NCBI RefSeq assembly: GCF_902652985.1
Contig: NC_047016.1
Coordinates: 42,842,001 to 42,906,000, forward strand
Length of the DNA stretch: 64,000 bases
Source of the DNA: Pecten maximus
Lineage: Eukaryota
Direction of reading: 5' to 3'
The translations under genes were made by a program, and so were the position numbers. Below, one piece after another: positions 1-10,712 of this stretch (position 1 is the first letter of the stretch; each line of letters opens with the position of its first letter). The notes under the pieces were generated by a model that had not been told where the DNA came from, did not search any database, and was given only the letters and a program-made list of their open reading frames with translations.

Positions 1-600
1 GAACAACGTGAACACACTTGTAAAGGGAATAGCACTGGCTGTTGCTCCAAAGCCAGACTGTTGTCATGCATAGCACAGACTGTAGTCAAAAGCGGCGACA
101 AATGTGAAAGCAAGTCATATTATACTTGAGGTGGTTTCCGAATTCGGGATGTTTTCTGACATCGCAAATAGTCACACGGAATGTCGGATGAATTTATTAT
201 TCACACATCACCATTGATTTACATGCAGGTACCCACAATTAAGTTCAAACCCGAAATATGTTGCTGGGAACAACGGACGAAATGGCAAATGGCACCAATC
301 TACTACATTGACTTACTCTCGAAACAGCCCCAAGAGTGTCGCTTGTTCTATGAACACTTTCACACGTGGTAAACACATTGGTGATTCTAATTACACTCGC
401 ATTAATTAGTAGTCAGTAATTTAACTGCCATCACGCCGGACTGTTATTCATTTCCAAAGCACCGACTTATCGAAAACATGATTTCATATAAAAACACGGA
501 TTCATTTATAAGTTTGCGTTTCGTTAGCACGGAATAGAAATTTATAGACAGCTATACCAAAATAACACATACGTTTTGCTTTCAAAGATCTAGTAGCTTA

Positions 601-914
601 AGGGGCATTCCTTCGTTTGAGTAAAGTTTAGGTCGTCAAAATTAAACTTACTGGAAGATATACATTTTATCCAAGTAGTAAAAGTTATCATCTTTACATT
701 AATACGGTAGTTTTATTCTCAAGGTAAACCGAAGTTCTTCGAGTATTAAGTCCTGAAAGTTCTTAATTCGACCCGAAGTATCATGCCTTTTCCTGTATAT
801 TTCGGCGTTAATTTCATTACATGTAGGTACAAACACTTATATAATCATCGTTCGGACATATATTCCATTAATAGAAATTGTGTATTTCTGATGTCCGAAC
901 GAAGGAATGCCCCT
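601..914. mobile_element. Non-autonomous MITE, Kolobok-like
   Basis: Terminal inverted repeats aggggcattccttcgtt (601-617) and aacgaaggaatgcccct (898-914), flanked by tta/ttaa. AG...CT termini at a TTAA-like target fit Kolobok-type elements. Confidence 0.6.
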
Positions 915-1518
915 TTAAGTTCAACGTCCAGGACATGGCAAAAATGTATTTTTAAGTCAACCACTGAGCTTTATCTTATCAAGTTTTTCCAAAACCATCA
1001 TCTTAAACGGAGTATACTGTATTTAGCCCACTGTATTCAATAATCTTGTTGATTGGTCCAGACTGGCAGTCCCGTTATCTACCCTTATCCTAAGTACAGT
1101 GACCCCTTGGTATCTCAGTCCTTAAATTACTTCAGTTATTGATAGGATGTTCAACATTACTAAACCAAACCAAATCCTCGGTATCTGTGCAATATATCAC
1201 AAACTGATCACGTTATGTCTAAAAAAAAATCCAACTTTATGAGTTTATGTTCCAATTAATACGACACAGCGTAATTAAGGCCGTTGACTGTCGTTTGTAA
1301 CGCACATCAATAATCATATTAAACTTTTCCTCAAATTCGTATGACTTTTTATCTCGTTCATACGAGTTTTACCTCGCACGACTTTTTTTTTTATCTCATT
1401 TGTACGAGTTTTTATCTCGTTTAAATGCGTTTTTAACTCGCTCGTACAAGCACAACTTCATTGTTATTCATTAAATGTGAAACAAAAGTAAAACATGTTT
1501 ATTGAATTCTTTTCAGAA

Positions 1519-1962
1519 ATGACCCACGTGGCTGCATTCCTTCTGTGCTTATTTGTGACGTCAGTGGATTCACGAGCTGTATCACCTCATTTATGGAACT
1601 TAAACGGCCACGCCCATGTGCACCTATCCAGCCAACCGGGCGACCAAGTTCATAAACCTAGCACTTCCGTCGACAACGCCCCTAGACCACTTCAGACGTA
1701 TCTCCCAATTCACAAAGGGGATACAATCTGGATGGACGTTGTACTGGATGGTATACACATGGATGCCATCCCGGAAGTTTTTATCCCTATGGCCGTGTTA
1801 CGGGAAAGAAAGTCATTGTCGTCAAGTGTGTCCTCCAGGAGAGCACGCGACACGTCGGTGACCACGTACTGCGCGACACCGGAGTGTATGCATCTGATGC
1901 TGGAATATGAACATTGGAGGAATGAACATGGTTATCCAGACACTTATGGAAGATGGGGGTGA
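1519..1962 (+). CDS. Secreted prohormone-like precursor A (147 aa), predicted C-terminal 36-aa disulfide-ring RW-amide peptide
   Basis: Splice acceptor ttttcag ends at 1516, just before AAATG (ATG 1519), so the track start at 1495 is probably intronic. Signal peptide MTHVAAFLLCLFVTSVDS, furin-type site RRAR, then DTSVTTYCATPECMHLMLEYEHWRNEHGYPDTYGRW-G-stop, with the terminal Gly as amide donor. Confidence 0.8.
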   Translation: MTHVAAFLLCLFVTSVDSRAVSPHLWNLNGHAHVHLSSQPGDQVHKPSTSVDNAPRPLQTYLPIHKGDTIWMDVVLDGIHMDAIPEVFIPMAVLRERKSLSSSVSSRRARDTSVTTYCATPECMHLMLEYEHWRNEHGYPDTYGRWG

Positions 1963-2190
1963 TGTGATCGGGACGAAGTCGCGCTTTTCTGCCATTTGTG
2001 ACCTGAATTTATATCCAAATATTTTGATATCTTGATTGATCTGTAGCGATTGTGTACGGAAATGGAACGCTGTGCTAGTTATCGCCCCTGTTGTATAAAA
2101 TATAAAGCCATATAAAAATATATTCCAAATATATTGTGCCAGAAAATTATTTTGATAAATTTCATGTATAAATATGTAAGATAATTGTTT

Positions 2191-2614
2191 TATTGTGTCG
2201 CCTGCGAAAAGCAACACTATGTCGGCGTCGGCGGTGTCGGCGGCGTCGTCCGCACAAAGGTTTCCGTGTGATGACTCAAATTCCCTTGGCTGGATCAAAC
2301 TCAAACTTCAGGCAGATCTGCCTTGTCACAAGTGATTGCTTATGATTGCTTTTCAGGTCCGAAGGTCAAAGGTCAAGGTAATTGTTACTAAAAATAGAAA
2401 ATGTGTTTCCGTGCGTTAACTCAAGTTCCCTTGGGCCGATCAGACTCAAACTTGCAAACGTGCAGTTTTTCCTTACAAGTGTTTTCATGAGATTCCTTTA
2501 CTGGTCGAAAGGTCAAAGGTCAAGGGTACTCTTACTATAAATAGAAAATCTGTTTCCATCTCTAGTAATCACCTAACTTCTTGCGCGGGTGACACATCCA
2601 ATGGAAATCTAGTT
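2191..2614 (+). mobile_element. Helentron-associated non-autonomous element (HINE/pearl-like)
   Basis: Subterminal inverted repeat tgtgtcgcctgcg (2194-2206) / cgcgggtgacaca (2584-2596); (gtcggc)n microsatellite; two ~145-bp internal repeats carrying aaggtcaaaggtcaagg; short 3' hairpin and ctagtt end. Confidence 0.6.
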
Positions 2615-4084
2615 TAGTATAGTGCACGCCCCCCGTGCGTGCGTCCGTCCTTGATAGCGTTGTGTACACATGGACAGATTTCAGATTCACACCAGAACAT
2701 CACATCATCAAGGTCTACACCAGATTCTGTTTCGTTGGTCATCGGTCAGGATGAAAGGATGAAGATCACTCTTAACCACTTTGAAAATAAAAATTATGTT
2801 TATCCTATAAAACGACGTGATGTTGACTACACGATAGTGACGTGTTATGGCACAGACCGGGACATAAAATGATGTTAGAATTTACTCAACTGACACTTTA
2901 ACCGGACTGATTCCATAGTTACTGAAGCGGCGGACATGGAAGATGAAAAACAGCACAACCGAGCGCTCGGTAGGGTCCAACTCGAGAGAGCATTAATCCT
3001 AAAGATCTAAGGGTTCTATAGCCATCCTCTATCAAGGACATTTCTGAAACTCCCAGCCGTGTGTTGAAATCTCACAAGATTCAATGTTGTTTCAAACCAT
3101 CCAACAAATTAGGACAGAATCTTAAGAGGCCTAAAGACAAAACACACAAGAAAGACCTTAATACCTAGCTGCGATAACGTAGCTCTGGACGACGGACGGA
3201 CAATTTTTGACAGATGGTCGTCGTCAGAGCTACGATTCCCTCCCATTGCTCGTAATGTAGCAAAACCGTGAACCTCGAAAATGCTACAAATAGCGGATAT
3301 CGTTTAACTTTGGAGTAATAGTTCGTATAATTAAACATTTCTAATTCAATTTTGCAGTGTATTAGCCTACCGTCTTATCTAGAAATCTTTAATTCGCATA
3401 TTCTGATATCATACTGCTCGGAGTTGTCTCCGTGTCCGCCATGATACTTCTCGAAGAACTCTCGCGAGGATTCTAACCCAAATATGGAACCCGTGATCCA
3501 TATATGGATGAAGCTACTACGATAAATAAATACATAATCAGAGATATTTAACCACTCTTTTGTAACTCTTGTGAAGAAAGCGAATCTTACTTTGCGTAAT
3601 TAAATAATTTCAGAATGAATTGACCTTCCTTACCGAGATATATTACTCAGAATCTGTTTTTCTGTTGAAATCTCGCGGGAAACCTCATTAGCATCAATTT
3701 ATTTTGATTTCCTTATAAGGAAATTGACCTTTACACTTGTATCAAAGATGGCGGTATGTTTGAACTGATATCTCCGTGTGTCTTGCTCGTTTTGGATTTT
3801 ACTATTTATTGTCAAACATTTGAAGTAATGTGCAGGTTTGTTGCTTGAATATTCATAATAGATACCAGAATCATCAATTTACATGGGTTTTTTTATCCGA
3901 GAAAAAATTTACCACTGCTAATACTGCCCGATGTCAGAGACATATATATGTCTCTGCCGATGTGAATCACATCGGGGCTTGCTACACTATCGGCAATGGG
4001 AGGGACTTCATACCCTGCCGGAGAGCAGTGTAGGCAGGGTATGAATATTCGTTCTACCTTGAGCATAGACGACCTTGCTCAGTT

Positions 4085-4380
4085 TTATCCTCTGAGGTGG
4101 CCAAACATATCCATCTTGAATCCCCGGGTCATTCCATCGTCTTGGATGAGTTCCGTGTACTGGATGGTGGCCTGGGCTATATTGAACGTGGGATTCGGGA
4201 GGCCATTAACATCTGCCTGTACCAGCCGATCCTCAGCCAGGACAGGGGGAGATACCGACTACCAGGGGTCTATGACTCGCACCTGAGGTCACGTGTCCGA
4301 AAGGTCACGGGATCGCAGGTAAATCCACCTGGGTATAAGTCCTACTGAGGAAGATCACAGTAGTGGTCCAAATATCTAAG
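4085..4380 (+). mobile_element. Penelope-like element 3' fragment (GIY-YIG endonuclease C-terminus)
   Basis: Translation VAKHIHLESPGHSIVLDEFRVLDGGLGYIERGIREAINICLYQPILSQDRGRYRLPGVYD matches the typical PLE C-terminal pattern (ER..REAI.I....P.LN.D.G.Y.LP..Y). A hammerhead-like motif follows. Confidence 0.75.
4341..4380 (+). ncRNA. Degenerate minimal hammerhead ribozyme (PLE-associated)
   Basis: CTGAGGA (4345-4351), A, stem GATCAC-agta-GTGGTC, then CAAA in place of GAAA, then TATC. It sits right at the end of the PLE ORF. Confidence 0.5.
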
Positions 4381-4387
4381 TATGTAT

Positions 4388-4655
4388 TTCTCGAGATACA
4401 TTACGCTCTATACATTACACTCGAGATACATTACACTCTAGATACATTTCACTCGAGATACATTACACTCTAGATACATTTCACTCGAGATACACTACAC
4501 TCGAGATACATTACACTCGAGATACATTTCACGCGATTCATTACACTCGAAATTCATTGCTCGAGATACATTACACTCGAGCAACATTACACTCGATACA
4601 TTACTCGAAATACATTACACTCGATACATTACTCGGGATACATTACACTCGAGAT
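4388..4655. repeat. 16-bp minisatellite (cactcgagatacatta)n
   Basis: About 16 degenerate tandem copies visible directly. Confidence 0.9.
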
Positions 4656-5106
4656 ATGTGCGTGTTCATATTTTCTACATTGTCAATTAAGTTCAATAGC
4701 CTAACGTCACAACAGTGTTCCCATGGTGACACCGGGTTCATTTATATATATTTTGTCCATGTGTATAGATATTAACGGCGCATAACATCTGATTTAAAAT
4801 GAAAGATTTTCACAAATCATTATTGCTGTGAACACGTTGTTTATTATGGAATAATGTCCAATGTTAATTCTCATTATAAAGCGCGTACATGATAAAGCAA
4901 TGAGATTCAATTCAATATTTTCTTATTGACAAAAATATAGATAAAGTTATACATGTTATAATCCATTCAAAAGTGAACCCGAATTTACCTTTAAAGGGAT
5001 ACATTCAGAGAATACCACGATGCATTAAACCGCACAATTTTCATTTCTTCTTTGGTAGTGTTGGCGTCCTCGTGAAATTTCAAACAAAATAGATCTAAAC
5101 AATGGC

Positions 5107-5505
5107 TCATCGACGTCCAAAACTGCCTACTGCATCCGGATAGCTTGGATCTAACGAAAGCATATGGTCAATGCATTCCTGTGTTTGGCACCACGCTTCC
5201 GCCCCGTACTTCCGGTTTGTCCGTTTCCTATTGCGATATAGTCCAGAAAGATAACGATACAGGATTTTTTGTTTAGGTGAAAGGTTGGTGTTTTGTGGTC
5301 TTACTAAACCTATCCCAACAAATCTCCTCTTCCAAAATGGGATCTTGATGTGGGATCCCGGATAGGGCACGTGATGTCTCGCAGTAGCAGTTAAATTTAT
5401 CAGTTTAGATTTTTGGATTGTATCATCTTTACCACGAACTAAGGTGGAGTTCAATGGACAAATCCACACCGATAGCATGATCACTGAAAGAAAAGAAATC
5501 AGCAT
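5107..5505 (-). CDS. Secreted prohormone-like precursor B (132 aa), predicted C-terminal disulfide-ring F-amide peptide; paralog of precursor A
   Basis: Hydrophobic N-terminus MLISFLSVIMLSVWIC; basic sites KRR, RNRKR and RK; C-terminus YGAEAWCQTQECIDHMLSLDPSYPDAVGSF-GRR-stop (amidation signal). Candidate acceptor cag 10 nt upstream of the ATG; AATAAA on the minus strand at 4845-4840. Confidence 0.8.
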   Translation of the reverse strand: MLISFLSVIMLSVWICPLNSTLVRGKDDTIQKSKLINLTATARHHVPYPGSHIKIPFWKRRFVGIGLVRPQNTNLSPKQKILYRYLSGLYRNRKRTNRKYGAEAWCQTQECIDHMLSLDPSYPDAVGSFGRR

Positions 5506-6152
5506 ATAGCGTTACCTGTTCCAGCAACATTATTTTAATTTAGGAGAAAACATCTAAGTGACTGAATGCAAACAACAACAACAACAACAACAACAACAAA
5601 AAACAAAAAACAAACAAACAAACAAAAACAAACAAAAATTTAAAAAAGCTAGCAATGAATAAAAGTAGCTTAAAAATTACTATATCTTATCTTCAAATGA
5701 TCGAAAGTGAAAATTCATTCAGTGAACATTTGTCACGAAAAAACGGGACAAGTTTTATGTTATAATTCATGATCAATTAATTATACATTTACATATAAAT
5801 GTATAAATTATACATTTCATATAAAGGTTTAATTATGTTGAATGGTATAATTCATTATCAATTAATTATACAGTTATTGAGCAATATAACTTTTAATTAA
5901 CAAATAAATATGTAGTGAAATACTTACAGCAAACTGGCAGCATGATGGCTTGTAGCTCCATCGTGCATGTAAGGTCGAATTCAAATACATGTCGGTTCTG
6001 TAATGGGACATTACTGTACACACAGTGGTATAGGATCTCTAAGTGGACGTTTATGTTTGCTGATTGGTTTTCTTTGATAGTTCTTGATAAACAGGGTGCC
6101 GGTAGAGACAAACCCCAGGTAGTTTACAAATTGTACTTACTTTGGCGGTCTG

Positions 6153-6185
6153 TTTATGGAACGGGTTACGTATTTCGTGACGTCA
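6153..6185 (-). promoter_or_regulatory. Candidate promoter of precursor B: full CRE plus TATA-like box
   Basis: Palindromic TGACGTCA at 6178-6185 and CATAAA on the minus strand at 6158-6153. A minus-strand gtaagt donor near 5927 could end a non-coding first exon. Confidence 0.35.
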
Positions 6186-7030
6186 CACGATCGTGCTAGA
6201 GGAGGTATTTTCGGGCTAGTTTCAATGAATTTATCGGTTACTATAACAGGACGGTGGGTGAATACACCGGAAGTGGTCTGTTATCATCAAACTTAAACCT
6301 CCCACGATTCAGTGTGTTGGTTCGATCATGAATTCTTTGTTGTTTAAATTTAATGTGGATATAAGTGTTGATTTGTATAAATACAAATAACATCAGAATG
6401 GGTAATACTACGGGAAAAGTTAATAAAATACCACACAGGGTCAAAATGTCAAAACTTAACACAAATGGAATGAGAAGAGACTTAAGCTGTGTAGTCAACG
6501 TATCGGAAGGGCGCGGAATGCTGACATCATTACAAACGGAACTAACTTCCCCACTAACAATGGAAAGGTGGGGTTCAAGCCGATGTTAAATTTCCCGTCG
6601 ACATCACCAACACCCGAATTTCGTTCAAAGTTTGCATGTTTGTATAGCACTATGCATGGCAATACAAAATATACACTTGCTTATTCATCTTTTACATTGA
6701 AAAGGTCCAAATGGCCCAAATGTGCAGTGAATTGACGATATGTCACAACATGCCTAAATGATTAAGCGGAACATAGTTGATTTTTAACATTTTTAAAACC
6801 AGACTATCGCCCAAAAATTAAAATTAGAAAAAAAAAAAAAAAAAAAAACTTGCTACATGTATGATATAAGTTTTGTACACCATTCTGATTTATTTCAAAA
6901 TTAGCTTCAATATGTGTTCTATCACCAGGAAAATTTTGAAAAGAATTGAAATATGGGAATGTGGTTGTCGTACAGCTGAAACGCTAATGGTGCAAACTTT
7001 TGGATTTGAGAAAAGTGTCAACTAAGAGGG

Positions 7031-7081
7031 TAGCCCGAGTTTCCTCTGGTCTGGTGTCAGGGCCAGAGGAAACTCGGACTA
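7031..7081. mobile_element. 51-bp hairpin mini-MITE with 9-bp target-site duplication
   Basis: tagcccgagtttcctctgg ... ccagaggaaactcggacta (18/19 inverted match), flanked by the exact direct repeat ctaagaggg (7022-7030, 7082-7090). Confidence 0.75.
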
Positions 7082-7174
7082 CTAAGAGGGTAATGTAACT
7101 GGTACATTTGTATTTCTATTTACCACTTGCTACATCAATTTGATACTTGGTAAGTGGCTTTATCGTATTTGCTT

Positions 7175-7606
7175 ACAGCTCGCCTACCCAAAGGACAAAT
7201 CAGTTTATGAGGTGTTGCGGCGTCCTTCGTCCGTCGTCAACATTTTCCTTCATACAACATATTTTATGGAACCGTGAGGCAAAGAAACCTGATATTGGTC
7301 CTATTGAATGTTGTGGTGAAGTATTACCAAGTTAGTTCAAATAAATGACACTGATCTACATTCAAGGCCACAGGGATCAAATCCGCTAACATCTTTAAAT
7401 AACTATTTGTGTCGATAGCCACGAGACTCCGAGACGAGATATTGAACAATAGTGACCAACAGTGACCAATAGTGACCAATGGAAATGACTGGAATGGAAA
7501 GGACTACGCGATTTATTTAAATGAATAAACATAGCTAGATAGCCTACTCAACTTCAAAGTTGCTCTAGACGCAGGTGAGCGATACAGGATAATTGGGCCT
7601 CTTGTT
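7175..7606 (+). mobile_element. HINE/Helentron-associated element, decayed
   Basis: 5' agctcgcct plus a (cgtc)n microsatellite; 3' caggtgagcgatacagg...gggcctcttgtt subterminal repeat and hairpin. Confidence 0.6.
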
Positions 7607-8149
7607 TGCTGGAGTTACGACCCTTTGCACATTGAAAATTCACACACATATGACCTCAGATGTTGCGTTAACGTTGAGCTCCATCAACCAAAACAAAGCA
7701 TAAGGCTTTTCTCATGATGACCATGACATTTTCAAAATGACAATAAATTGGAACAGGCGACACATCCACTTCTGTGGAATTCTAATATTTATAAGATATC
7801 TTGTACAAATGAAATATCTTTTATGCATTTCTTTATAAGATATCTCATGAAGTATATAAGAAATCCTATTTGTTATATTAGATAATTATGAAGTATATAA
7901 TATATATCATAAAGTATATCAATAATTTCATAATTTATATAAGATATCTTATGTAGTTATATAAGGTTTCATATAAATTGGTTATTACTGGATCAACATT
8001 GCTCCATGAATAAATGATAACTTGGATTGCCATATGTATATTACATTATATCATATTATGTCATATTCACACACAACATCATTGTTTTCAACTTAGTGTT
8101 GATTCTTAAGGTCTCTTTTTTCTTAAAATGGCAAAGCTACATCATCTAA

Positions 8150-8330
8150 TGCTAGGTGTTTGCTGCCTTGTGTGTGGCCTTGGGCAAGAAACTTTACCCT
8201 TATTACTCTGGATGGCATGCGACGGACATTCCGTATGTTATTCAGTGAGGTAGTCACCAACTACTACATTGGAAAACCCCGCCTCGAAATGACTTGCTGT
8301 TCATGGGGCATTAAACCAAGCGAAACAAGA
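8150..8330 (+). mobile_element. CORE-SINE-like fragment
   Basis: tgtgtggccttgggcaagaaactttaccc resembles the CORE domain. The tail aaatgacttgctgttcatggggcattaaaccaa resembles the other SINE tails in the window. Confidence 0.45.
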
Positions 8331-8574
8331 ATCACGTGCATCGCTAAATGCATCATTGTGGCTGTTACGAGATATTGACAGATATTGAACTCATTAAAAA
8401 GGAATAAAGTAAAAAATATGAATAGAAAAACATGGAATTCCAACGGTATTTATTGTTTGATTGTACAATGGCGTTTGGGTAAAATATACAACAATTTGAA
8501 TTGATCGAATGGCATAGAGTGTGTATCACCTCATGCTGAAATTGACGAATGGGTCTGGTAGTAAAATAAAACGT

Positions 8575-8795
8575 TAATGAGTTCATGTTCGTCTCCTTTT
8601 GATGACGCCGAAATGATGCCGACCTCACTGAACATACTGTCACAGTCACCAAGCAGGGCACCCCACCCAGTCACGTGGTACTGACAACAGGTGAGCACTC
8701 CACAAATACTATAAGCGTTTAGCAGGAGTAGCAATCGACTTGGGTATCCTAGACAAAGGGTCATAACCCAAAGTTTTCATCATAGGGTCGAAAGG
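8575..8795 (-). mobile_element. SINE fragment (Meta-domain-like family)
   Basis: cctcactgaa...agcagggcaccccacccagtcac...tactgacaac is shared with the copies at 18420-18690 and 34180-34480. Confidence 0.45.
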
Positions 8796-9284
8796 GTTAT
8801 AATGAAGCAGTGTCAAGGAGAACCTAAAAAAAAAAAAAAAAAAGTTAATTATAAGTCCCAAATTAAGTTGCCTCTTTCGAATCATGCGTATGGACAGCAG
8901 GTGCAATCCTAACGCCCAAACTGCAGGGCTCATACTATAACTTAACTGAAAGATGAATTATATATTATTTTTAAACATTTAAGTAATGTAAACGCATAGA
9001 CTAATCAATATTGTATATTAAATATACAATGTTATATTGTATTAAGATGTAAGATATTTTATATCTATTCGATACGCTAAGTGGATCGTCATAAAATACC
9101 TATTTTTATTGTAAGATAGATAGTAAGGAGAAATATGCAGTTGTGACAAGTACCAAGGCTGAACCAGCTAAGTCGACCTACTATCGTTTCTAGATAAGGA
9201 GTAAATCGTGTTCCTCTAACACGCTCTTACTGTAATCACCTTCATTTGGTATCGACAATCGAGTTGTGCAGTACCGTTCTCGCC

Positions 9285-9324
9285 ATGTTTCTCAAAGTTC
9301 TCATCGCCGTTTGTCTGGTTTTGG
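9285..9324 (+). CDS. Kazal-type protease-inhibitor-like protein, coding exon 1 (signal peptide)
   Basis: cgccATG Kozak context, MFLKVLIAVCLVL, phase-1 donor G|gtaggt matching the phase of exon 2. Confidence 0.8.
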
Positions 9325-9332
9325 GTAGGTAC

Positions 9333-9370
<38 letters not shown>

Positions 9371-9377
9371 GCCATCT

Positions 9378-10386
9378 TCATCGGGTTCAATCGTACTGAC
9401 CGGGCGCCGGTGCTTACACCTGGCCGTCGATGAATTTTACACCCGGGCAACGATAATTTCTATAGAAAGAACGGTTGAGGTATTTTTTTCCTTTTTGATG
9501 TGATAATACTGTCCTTCAATGAAAATAACCCGACCACGGAACAAAACGATAAATTGACTAAAACTTGCAAGGATAACGGACAGGAAAGACACTTCTCATT
9601 GTTTGCTAATTCGCCCACAGTGTAGGCGGGTATGACCAAATTATGTCCCAATCCACGAATTATGCAACATTACTGTAAACCTCACAGTTTATCGGAACTA
9701 TATATTTTGACATTATCAAGTCTTGTTGGATTGATTGGTAATAGTTACATAAGAAAGTTAGACATTTCCGTATTTTACACCTGTGGCAACGAAGACGCTC
9801 TTGAGCTTTACACCCGGGCGCCGCAATTGCTGACGTGGTAGTGATGTAAAATTTACCAGAGTTGGCCTTTTGATGATTTTTGTTTATGCATTTTTTGCAT
9901 TTATGCTGCCCGATCTATACGTTACAGATCAGTCACGGACAGGTGTAAAATACGGAAATGTCTAATTTTCCTTTTTAACTATTACCAATCAATCAAACAA
10001 GACAATAATATCGATAAACTGTGAGATTTACAGTCCTTTCGATCGCAGATTTTGCTGTATATGTGGCATAATTCGTGGATTGGGGCATAATTTGGTCATA
10101 CCCGCCTACACTGTGGGCGAATTAGCAAAAAAAAAAAAAAGTGTTTTTCCTGTCCGTTATCCTTGCAAGTTATAGCCAATTTATCGTATTGTTCCGTGGT
10201 CGGATTATTTTCCTTGAAGGATAGAATTATTACACCAAAAAGAAAAGAAAAAAAAATACCTTAACCGTTCTTCCGATCCCGTCTTCGGCGCTCATTTTCT
10301 ATAGAAATTATCGTTGCCCGGGTGTAAAATTCATCGACGCCCAGGTGTAAGCTCCGGCGCCCGGTCAGTACGATTGAACCCGGTGA
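9378..10386. mobile_element. ~1-kb foldback/MITE with ~400-bp terminal inverted repeats (in Kazal intron 1)
   Basis: 9378-~9785 is the near reverse complement of ~9940-10386, e.g. cgggttcaatcgtactgaccgggcgccgg / ccggcgcccggtcagtacgattgaacccg and gctaattcgcccacagtgtaggcgggtatgaccaaattatg on both arms. No clear TSD. Confidence 0.85.
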
Positions 10387-10712
10387 CCTTGTTCATATTC
10401 AAAATATAATGGCTTGAATGCGGTCCTGATAAATCACCTACTCATTTAATTTGTAATTCAACTACATGTATACGAATATTTGTTTCTGTATAGCATATTA
10501 TTGTTGACGATTCGAGATCACGAGTTACCTCCCTTCCAACATATTCTCACAACCTATAGTGTATCACATTCTTTACACGTATTTCCCAGATTTTCTTTGT
10601 AGATACAGACAATAAAGATTAAAATAACAGAATGTTACAATTTATTTAAATAAGTAAACCGCATTACCATTGTCATTGAATTTTACTTCACTAGGCATCG
10701 CTATTTACTGTA

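Noticed and set aside
1557-1564. Perfect CRE TGACGTCA (others near 25782, 41139, 60566, 62096)
   Set aside because: Inside coding sequence or without an associated core promoter or exon; compatible with chance.
1822-2304. 160-aa minus-strand ORF
   Set aside because: Starts inside a HINE repeat and runs antisense to precursor A; no coherent protein features.
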